Shown: piece after piece, positions 56,973 through 64,000 of the stretch
Layout: each line of letters starts with the position of its first letter
How positions within the stretch are numbered: the stretch's first letter is position 1
Virus record (IMG/VR): IMGVR_UViG_3300043786_000977
Location: 1 to 64,000 of that record
Length of the DNA stretch: 64,000 nucleotides
Direction: 5' to 3' (one strand)
Program-made: the position numbers and the translations under genes
Notes under the pieces: generated by a model
Database searches by the model: none
What the model was told of the DNA's origin: nothing
Seen by the model: only the letters and a program-made list of their open reading frames with translations

Positions 56973-58708
56973 TGACCAACGTACGTCCAGAAAAACCGAC
57001 AGGCCCCGGTAATCGGGGTCTGTCGACTACCGTTACCCGTGAGCTCGGAACCAAGACCGGTGCTTATGCAGGGCTTGTCAAGATCGCACAAGGAGTGTTA
57101 GGCGCTGTCCGAAGCGGGGTGCTTTCGCCTTTGTCTAAAGCCAGAAGTATTACGAGTGTAGGTAACGCGGTCACCCAAGGTCTGCCCAGTTCTACTTCAA
57201 ATAGTCTGCCAGGACGCGCCATCGAGACTGCGGATACGGTACTAGGCACTACTGCAAGTGGTGTCGGTTTGACCGGTTACGGTGCTGAGTTGACGGGTGC
57301 TGCACTTCGGGGAATACCTCTTGCCGCTAACACGGTGGCGACTACAAAAGGCATAGCGGGAGCCGCGGGTCGTGTTGCCGTACCCTTGGCGCTCGCAGGG
57401 CATGCGATTGATACAGCCCGCTTAATTAACGATCCACGGGGAGTGACTGATGCGGCTGCCGCCAATATTCAGGATTACGGTGACAGCTTCGGCAGTGCGA
57501 TGAAAGCAGTTGGGCATAATACGCTGCAAGCAGTAGGCTCATCTATTCCAACAATCGCAGCTACAGTTCGTGGTGTAGGCGAATTAGGTTCACAACTCGT
57601 GGAAAACAGACGCCTCGCTGCTCGAGATCGACAGCTTGCACCGCGGTATCGTATACTTCAATTACAACAACAGCAACGGCAACGGTTAAAACAACTGCAG
57701 CCACCACAACAGGCCGGGACGTTCGTACAGAAGACTAGTATGTTCTCAGGCCTCGTCAAGATCGCCCAGCAGAACTTTGCTCCAGGTATCGTCGACAAGG
57801 CAGTCTACGGCGATGTGTTGGGTACCCTGAAACCCGGCGACATCACTGACTTCGTATTGCAACACCACAGTACAGTACGTAACCCCAAGTATCCACATTA
57901 CGACATGCGTCTAGGTACCAAGGATACGAATCTTTTCAGTTGGGCCATACCCAAGGCAGAATTGCCGCGTCCAGGCACATCCAAGATGCCGATCCCGCAG
58001 ACTCAATTGCATACGTACCAGTACGGTAGCTTCGAAGGTAAGATCCCACACGGATATGGCGCCGGCGTAGTAAGAATGGCCGACAAGGGTAAGGCAGTCA
58101 TCACCCGTGTCACGCCAAACACGCTCCATTTTACCCTGGGGCATACCAAGGTACCTACACGTTACGTGCTTGTCCATATCGGTGGACGGGACGGTAAGAT
58201 GTGGCAGTTAATCGCGAAACCCGAACCAGGTAAGGTACCGGGCGCGGACGAGGAACCCATCTACGCACGGATAAACGCCGTCGACCAGGACGATGCGATC
58301 CAACAGGCAACCCAGGTCCAGGCGAAAATTGACAAGGCTGCGTCGCTTATTCCGTTGCGCTTCATCAACAAGAAGGGCGGGGTGAAAGCATCAGCGGCTG
58401 TTGAGATTGCAGATACCGCTGAACTGCGTCGCATTGGTTTATCCAAACGTGCATCGCTACCTGCCAATCACGGTATGTTCTTCGATAAGGTCGGTGCCTT
58501 CTGGATGAAGGATGTTCACTTTCCTTTAGACTTGGTATTTGTCGATCGACATGGTACGGTACTCGAGAAGCACGCGATGCCAGTAGACAAGGGCGGACGT
58601 AAGTTATATAGACCATCTAGCGCTGACGTTGCGCATGCGATTGAACTCCCGCACGGTTGGTGTGACCGTTATGGGATAACGACGGGTGACATTGTAAAGG
58701 CGGGTTAA
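56972..58708 (+). CDS. Multidomain protein: Gly/Ala hydrophobic domain, LigD-type DNA 3'-phosphoesterase domain and DUF192 domain
   Basis: FVLQHH..HYDMRL..LFSWAIPK..H...Y..FEG.IP.GYGAGVV...DKG (LigD PE); VEIADT...GL..R..LP...GMFF...FWMKDVHFPLDLVF...IELP.G (DUF192). Confidence 0.85.
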   Translation: MTNVRPEKPTGPGNRGLSTTVTRELGTKTGAYAGLVKIAQGVLGAVRSGVLSPLSKARSITSVGNAVTQGLPSSTSNSLPGRAIETADTVLGTTASGVGLTGYGAELTGAALRGIPLAANTVATTKGIAGAAGRVAVPLALAGHAIDTARLINDPRGVTDAAAANIQDYGDSFGSAMKAVGHNTLQAVGSSIPTIAATVRGVGELGSQLVENRRLAARDRQLAPRYRILQLQQQQRQRLKQLQPPQQAGTFVQKTSMFSGLVKIAQQNFAPGIVDKAVYGDVLGTLKPGDITDFVLQHHSTVRNPKYPHYDMRLGTKDTNLFSWAIPKAELPRPGTSKMPIPQTQLHTYQYGSFEGKIPHGYGAGVVRMADKGKAVITRVTPNTLHFTLGHTKVPTRYVLVHIGGRDGKMWQLIAKPEPGKVPGADEEPIYARINAVDQDDAIQQATQVQAKIDKAASLIPLRFINKKGGVKASAAVEIADTAELRRIGLSKRASLPANHGMFFDKVGAFWMKDVHFPLDLVFVDRHGTVLEKHAMPVDKGGRKLYRPSSADVAHAIELPHGWCDRYGITTGDIVKAG

Positions 58709-58773
58709 TAACGTTGCTATTAACGTTATAACTGATTGTGTATACACACCGCCATTTTAAGGTGGAGGATACG

Positions 58774-61700
58774 ATGCGATTTTTAGGTATAGTACTTGTA
58801 GCATTACTTGGTTTGATCCCGGTATCTCACGGGCAGAACGCTACGCTTGCTCAACTCGGTGCCCGTGGTGTAACCGAGGTTGGCGGGTCCAGCATATACG
58901 CCCATTATATGCTACGTCTCGGACCTGACGGGCGTATCACAATGGCCGTGTTACCTGCTGGTCTCGGCGTACCTGTTCCTGGGTCACAGATCGCTTATCT
59001 CGATCCTGTCACCGGTGTCGATGATCCGTTGCGTGTAGGCGGACCGACAACGCCTTACAAGACGTTAAATTACGCTACGACCACGTACCCGAGTAACGCC
59101 GTGTCCGGAGTCATTTACGTTTTGGCACCAGGTACATATGCATCTACCCTGATTGATACGACAACTACTACGGGTAGACGCACGCTTACGTTGTTAGGTT
59201 ATGAGACCCGACGTACGTATATACCAGAGGTGAAGTACTACGGAAGCAGCGGCGGTGACGTGACCGTCACGTTACACGGTGTGCATGTTGGTAAACTCTG
59301 GCAAGCCAACAACAAAGCGATGACGGTATACCTGACCGGGAATGCCCGGATTGATTCGTTGGAAATGAACGGTGCCAAGCCCTGTACTGTGTATCGTGAA
59401 TCCGGGACTGTCATTGGATCATTCACAGGGTCATTGATGTACACGAACCAATGGCTCGACACAGCGACGCAGATGGGGTATACGCCGACCAATACGGCGC
59501 ACTGGTATGGTAGTGAGCCTCTGACGATTGCAGACGCGTTACACGCGCTGGCCGGCCGGTGCCCTGTTCCGTACGGGACGGTACCTGGCGATATGTTGAC
59601 CTGGGATGGATCCAACTGGGTACGTGTTGCGAACGGTACTACAAACGATTTCCTCATCGGAGGCACCATGCCGTCATTCCAACCGCGTTATATCTGGCCT
59701 GGCACTTCGGCTGGCGCTGTACCTTATTGGGATATCGGGACAACCAACTGGTTATCAGTCACGGGTACCACGAATAGCCAACATGTCCTGTTCGGTGGTG
59801 TGACACCGGCTTTCGGTAGGTTACAGGCGACACATATGGATTACATCAACGGTACGACAACCACGGTACATGCTGTACTTGGTGATTATGCAGTACGCCT
59901 TAATAACCTGGAACTTGTCAGTAACCTGGTCGTATGGGCCGCGAACAGCTGGAGCAATAGTGCTGCCCGCGGCATTACAAATAATCAGGTTGCATTATGG
60001 GATTGGGCCGCGAACAGCTGGAGCAATAGTCCCGCATTCGGAATCACGAGCAACAACATCACGTTATGGACAACCGCGGCAACAAATTGGGTCGGTAGTG
60101 CTGCTTTTGGTATCACGTTAGAGGATACGGGTCGCTGGAACACGTACATGACCAACAGTATACCGATACGTTACTTACGCCGTGAGGGCGCTCTGTTAGG
60201 TCAAACCATAGTCTTCGACGGTACCAACTGGGTTTCTGCCGTCGCGGATTGGTGGATCACGAACGGTCCGGAACGTATGGTAACAGTCGAGGGGTATACC
60301 AACACAGTTGACAAAGCCTTCTTGACTGATGGAACACGACCGATGACAGCTCGAATTCCAATCTTCGTGGATGATGGCGTTGCTGCCATCTCAATCGGGG
60401 CGTGGCAAGGTACAAGTTACGTTTACAACGTATTCGGTGAACTCTATTTGCGAGATAACACAAGGCCCGGTTATAGAATTACCACAGCTAAAGAGTTGGA
60501 CGATTATGCGCGAACCAATTACGTGACAGACATCGTGGTCGCTTCCACCAACCCAATCCCTAACTGGATTATATCTTCCACCAACCCAATCCCTAACTGG
60601 ATTATATCTTCCACCAACCCAATCCCTAGCTGGATCATGTCCGCTACCAACCCCATCCCCTCGTGGATAGCCTCTGCGACCAGCCCCATTCCTAGTTGGA
60701 TCACAGCCTCCACCTCAGGTCTCGTGAGAGCGACCATTACAAATGGTCTTGCTTCCACCAATTACGTGATTGCGTCAACTAACCCTATTCCCTTATGGAT
60801 AACTTCTGCTACAAACCCGATCCCTAGCTGGATAACTTCTGCAACAAACCCCATTCCTAGCTGGATCATATCCGCCACAAACCCTATCCCTAGCTGGATA
60901 ACTGCTTCGACATCAGGTCTTGTTAGAGCAACAATCACGAACGGGCTGGCTTCAACCAATTACGTGATTGCTGCAACCAACCCTATCCCTGGCTGGATAA
61001 CTTCTGCAACCAACCCTATCCCTGGCTGGATAACTTCTGCGACCAACCCTATCCCTAGCTGGATAACCTCTGCAACTTCGGGTCTCGTAAGAGCAACAAT
61101 CACGAACGGGCTGGCTTCCACCAATTACGTGATCGCTGCAACCAATGGACTTGTAACGAAGACTATTACTAACGGCCTTGCTTCGATCTCGTATGTGAAC
61201 GGTGTTACAAGTGGCATACCTGCAATGATAACTGCTGCTACTAACAGTCTTGTAACAAAGGCTATCACGAATGGTTTGGCCTCTATCGACTACGTGACTG
61301 GAGCAATCTCCGGTATCCCTATTTATGCAACAGGGAACAATATCTATGTGGACAATCAGAGAACAGATCCATTCACACCAGACGGCACAATCATGCGTCC
61401 GTATGCAACAGTGTCCGCAGCTATGGCCGTAATCGGCAGTTCACAACCGGCAGACTGGGAGAATGTCACGCTCCGTTTCTACGCCGTGAAGGTGATGCCT
61501 GGAACATACGTCGAAGATGTGACGGTCCCGTGGAAGCCTTTCGTTTCAATAGACCTGTCATCTGCGGTCATTGTGGGTAACATTACTCGTTCAATTCCCG
61601 ACGGCGACTTTTCTACCAGGGTCTCGACTCTGGTTATCAAGGGTGATTCGTTACGTCCCGCATATCTGGACGGACAGCATACGGTGATTGGTATTGCTGG

Positions 61701-62895
61701 TAAGGTCATATTTGAAGCGGCTTCGTCGAGTCTTGGAATGTCTCCTTTCCACGAACTACATGTAATTGATGCCGGTATATCGGGAGGAGTTGAGTACAAG
61801 GGAACCAGCAATACAAACTCTGGTCAATCTGGACACATCTTCTTGCGTGATTCACAAGTGGGTACGATCCAATCCATAGAAGGTTGGGCTGGCGTTACTC
61901 TGTTCTCATACGGCTGGGGTGGTGGTCATACAGGCGGTGGATACGCAGGTAGTGGCATAGGTTCACTGATCGGTAGCGTTCTGCCTTATAATCTTCAATC
62001 GACGATGATCAGCGGCGGCATGAACCTCACAGACGCTTATCCCGGAACCAGTCCAGAGATGTTGTGGCACAACGTCAGATTTGAAACTAATTTCATATAT
62101 GTCGTTACCAATGTTACTTATGGAGTTAAACTCGATACAGCCTCTTACAATTCTTGGCTAGAAGCATCGTTGCCGTCTGAGCGTGGAGTTTGGACCACCG
62201 ACGGTAAGATGGTGCTGACTGATTACGGTTCAGGGTCGTTTGGTAATGCCACGAATATGTTCCGTGGTGTCGGCACAACGGGAGCAGTGACCAGCGTATC
62301 TGCGGACACCAACAAGTACCTGAGGGGTGATGGTAACTGGATAGCAGTTCCGATGGGTCCTGCTGGAACTAACGGAGTTAATGGAACTAACGGCTCTAAC
62401 GGTGTGGCCTTCGTGACTATTTCCAATGTGGTAACACTCGCCTCCGGCTCTTCTGCTTATGTGAGCAACGTGGTGGTCGGAACCACGAACCGCCTGACGT
62501 TCGGCATCCCTGCCGGTAGGGATGGTGTAATTACTAACAGCGGGTACATGGCCATCACCAACTGGCCGACCGCTGCTGGCATCACCAACATCATCACCTT
62601 GGTTCCCGGGTACACCATCTATAACTTAACCGTTACAAATCAACCAACGGTGATTAATTTTGCTTTTTCTAATTCACCAATAGCGAGTCAGGCAGTCAAC
62701 TTCGAGTTGGTCTTGAAGCAGACAACCACCAACACGTATATCTATTTACCAGGAACGAATCGGGTGTATTACTTCTCGACCCCCACCACCAACGCAACGG
62801 TAGCAAACCAAAGGCATTACTCAAGCTGGCGTGTGTGGATGGAAGGCTCAACCACAAATATCTTCTGCAACCAATGGCTGACGAGGAACCCATGA
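58774..62895 (+). CDS. Large T-N-rich fibre/adhesin-like protein with Sec-type signal peptide
   Basis: ATG 58774 after GGAGG; MRFLGIVLVALLGLIPVSHG|Q; GDMLTWDGSNW and KYLRGDGNW fibre motifs; two GxxxxPYxT beta-helix-entry motifs; short collagen-like GxN run. Confidence 0.75.
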   Translation: MRFLGIVLVALLGLIPVSHGQNATLAQLGARGVTEVGGSSIYAHYMLRLGPDGRITMAVLPAGLGVPVPGSQIAYLDPVTGVDDPLRVGGPTTPYKTLNYATTTYPSNAVSGVIYVLAPGTYASTLIDTTTTTGRRTLTLLGYETRRTYIPEVKYYGSSGGDVTVTLHGVHVGKLWQANNKAMTVYLTGNARIDSLEMNGAKPCTVYRESGTVIGSFTGSLMYTNQWLDTATQMGYTPTNTAHWYGSEPLTIADALHALAGRCPVPYGTVPGDMLTWDGSNWVRVANGTTNDFLIGGTMPSFQPRYIWPGTSAGAVPYWDIGTTNWLSVTGTTNSQHVLFGGVTPAFGRLQATHMDYINGTTTTVHAVLGDYAVRLNNLELVSNLVVWAANSWSNSAARGITNNQVALWDWAANSWSNSPAFGITSNNITLWTTAATNWVGSAAFGITLEDTGRWNTYMTNSIPIRYLRREGALLGQTIVFDGTNWVSAVADWWITNGPERMVTVEGYTNTVDKAFLTDGTRPMTARIPIFVDDGVAAISIGAWQGTSYVYNVFGELYLRDNTRPGYRITTAKELDDYARTNYVTDIVVASTNPIPNWIISSTNPIPNWIISSTNPIPSWIMSATNPIPSWIASATSPIPSWITASTSGLVRATITNGLASTNYVIASTNPIPLWITSATNPIPSWITSATNPIPSWIISATNPIPSWITASTSGLVRATITNGLASTNYVIAATNPIPGWITSATNPIPGWITSATNPIPSWITSATSGLVRATITNGLASTNYVIAATNGLVTKTITNGLASISYVNGVTSGIPAMITAATNSLVTKAITNGLASIDYVTGAISGIPIYATGNNIYVDNQRTDPFTPDGTIMRPYATVSAAMAVIGSSQPADWENVTLRFYAVKVMPGTYVEDVTVPWKPFVSIDLSSAVIVGNITRSIPDGDFSTRVSTLVIKGDSLRPAYLDGQHTVIGIAGKVIFEAASSSLGMSPFHELHVIDAGISGGVEYKGTSNTNSGQSGHIFLRDSQVGTIQSIEGWAGVTLFSYGWGGGHTGGGYAGSGIGSLIGSVLPYNLQSTMISGGMNLTDAYPGTSPEMLWHNVRFETNFIYVVTNVTYGVKLDTASYNSWLEASLPSERGVWTTDGKMVLTDYGSGSFGNATNMFRGVGTTGAVTSVSADTNKYLRGDGNWIAVPMGPAGTNGVNGTNGSNGVAFVTISNVVTLASGSSAYVSNVVVGTTNRLTFGIPAGRDGVITNSGYMAITNWPTAAGITNIITLVPGYTIYNLTVTNQPTVINFAFSNSPIASQAVNFELVLKQTTTNTYIYLPGTNRVYYFSTPTTNATVANQRHYSSWRVWMEGSTTNIFCNQWLTRNP
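60541..61143 (+). repeat. 33-bp coding repeats (S/A-TNPIPSWITS) punctuated by three GLVRATITNGLASTNYV units
   Basis: About 12 copies of the 11-aa unit in three blocks. Confidence 0.9.
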
Positions 62896-64000
62896 TAAAG
62901 AAATTCATAGCTCTGGCTTGTTTAACTGCATCTTCGGTGATGGCTGGTTTGCCGTTTAGTCTCGATCCGTTTGGACGGTTGGGCACTTCGGCTTATGTCG
63001 GTGCTACTGGTGGAAGTATCTCGTATAGTTATACAAATGGCACTTACTACAAGATTCACACTTTCACAAGCTCTGGAACTCTGACAGTTACTTCGGGCGG
63101 AACTGTTGATGCTTTGGTCGTGGCCGGCGGTGGAGGTAGTGGGGAAAACGGTGGAGGTGGAGGTGGTGCTGGAGGTTTGGTCTATACTACTACAAATGTC
63201 GTGATGCAGAACTACACCGTAACTGTTGGAGCAGGAGGATTGGTAAACCAGAATGGTAATCAATCTGCATTTGCTTCAATTGCTGCTATTGGCGGTGGTA
63301 GGGGTGGTGGTTTGAATGGTTATGGTGTTAGTGGCGGATCAGGCGGTGGTGGCGGTTCAGCTTACCAGAACACAAATAATTTTATTGGAGGATCAGGATC
63401 GCAAGGAAGCAGTGGCGGAAATGGCAGAATGGGACAATCATCTGCGTCTCAAATCGCAGGTGGAGGCGGAGGAGGTTTCAACAGCGCTGGACTAACACCA
63501 ACAACTGCTCAAGGTGGAAGAGGAGGAGATGGGACAAACTATGTTATAAGTGGTGCCAATGTTTATTATGCGGGTGGTGGTGGTGGTGGTTCTGGCACTG
63601 CAGTTGGAACTGCGGGAGTGGGCGGAGGAGGAACTGGCGGAGGAGGACTGACTAAACCAACTGCAGGCGTGAATGGTACAGGTGGTGGAGCCGGAGGTGG
63701 TGGTAATCCATGGGTAGCTGGAACCAACGGCGGCTCCGGCATAGTCATCGTAAGGTATCCACTTTCAACTCCATCGTATGTGTTCCCATCCGAAATCTCA
63801 GGACTAACTCTATGGCTAGACTCGGCGGATGCAACGACATTAACCACTTCTGGAATTAATGTGACTGAGTGGCGTGACAAATCGGCTACGGCGGCTATCT
63901 TCTCACCCGTAGCGCCTTATTACCCGACCAAGGACGCAAACTTGATCAACAACATAAGTCCGATACTTTTTTACACGGACAATGCGCACCAGATAAAATT
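62892..64000 (+). CDS. Signal-peptide-bearing glycine-rich fibre-domain protein followed by a LamG/ConA-like domain start; 3'-truncated and absent from the ORF track
   Basis: ATGA overlap; MIKKFIALACLTASSVMA|G; IHTFTSSGT..LVVAGGGG..GGSGIVIVRY glycine-rich domain; LWLDSAD...VTEWRDKS; open to the window end. Confidence 0.8.
   Translation, partial: MIKKFIALACLTASSVMAGLPFSLDPFGRLGTSAYVGATGGSISYSYTNGTYYKIHTFTSSGTLTVTSGGTVDALVVAGGGGSGENGGGGGGAGGLVYTTTNVVMQNYTVTVGAGGLVNQNGNQSAFASIAAIGGGRGGGLNGYGVSGGSGGGGGSAYQNTNNFIGGSGSQGSSGGNGRMGQSSASQIAGGGGGGFNSAGLTPTTAQGGRGGDGTNYVISGANVYYAGGGGGGSGTAVGTAGVGGGGTGGGGLTKPTAGVNGTGGGAGGGGNPWVAGTNGGSGIVIVRYPLSTPSYVFPSEISGLTLWLDSADATTLTTSGINVTEWRDKSATAAIFSPVAPYYPTKDANLINNISPILFYTDNAHQIK

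Noticed and set aside
57848-58220. Complete NHEJ system (LigD plus Ku)
   Set aside because: Only the phosphoesterase domain is present. No ligase, polymerase or Ku gene is seen in this window.
60541-61143. 33-bp repeats as a CRISPR array
   Set aside because: Contiguous in-frame coding repeats with no unique spacers and no cas genes.
62922-63880. Minus-strand ORFs at the window end
   Set aside because: Shadows of the glycine-rich + strand gene starting at 62892, which runs off the window.
1-64000. Stop-codon reassignment as in some jumbo phages
   Set aside because: Code 11 gives dense, tightly coupled full-length genes ending in TAA, TGA and TAG.

Overview
This window is a 64-kb segment of a large (jumbo-type) tailed phage with a contractile tail, about 55% GC by eye, standard genetic code, almost all on the + strand. 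Order: head module (internal/core proteins, prohead protease, scaffold, decoration protein, major capsid protein; 1-10965), neck and tail completion, sheath, tube, spike/hub, tail chaperone with a -1 frameshift signal, tape measure, baseplate with an embedded sigma-70-family factor, and a fibre region with five tandem paralogues and a 13 x 46-aa Cys repeat protein. An accessory region follows: subtilase, candidate small RNAs, a methyltransferase/UDP-galactopyranose mutase/glycosyltransferase cassette, a degenerate primase-like gene, a holin-like gene, a LigD-phosphoesterase/DUF192 polyprotein, and signal-peptide-bearing fibre-like proteins. Two signals stand out. (1) A K-x-A motif saturates head-associated proteins and sits at domain junctions of a multi-enzyme protein, suggesting a prohead-protease cleavage and capsid-cargo system. 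(2) Fibre-like proteins with N-terminal export signals are strongly enriched in the T-N dipeptide, suggesting host-envelope export and modification. All product calls come from motif recognition and synteny, with no database search. Motif counts are hand counts. I saw no tRNA, rRNA, CRISPR array or transposase.
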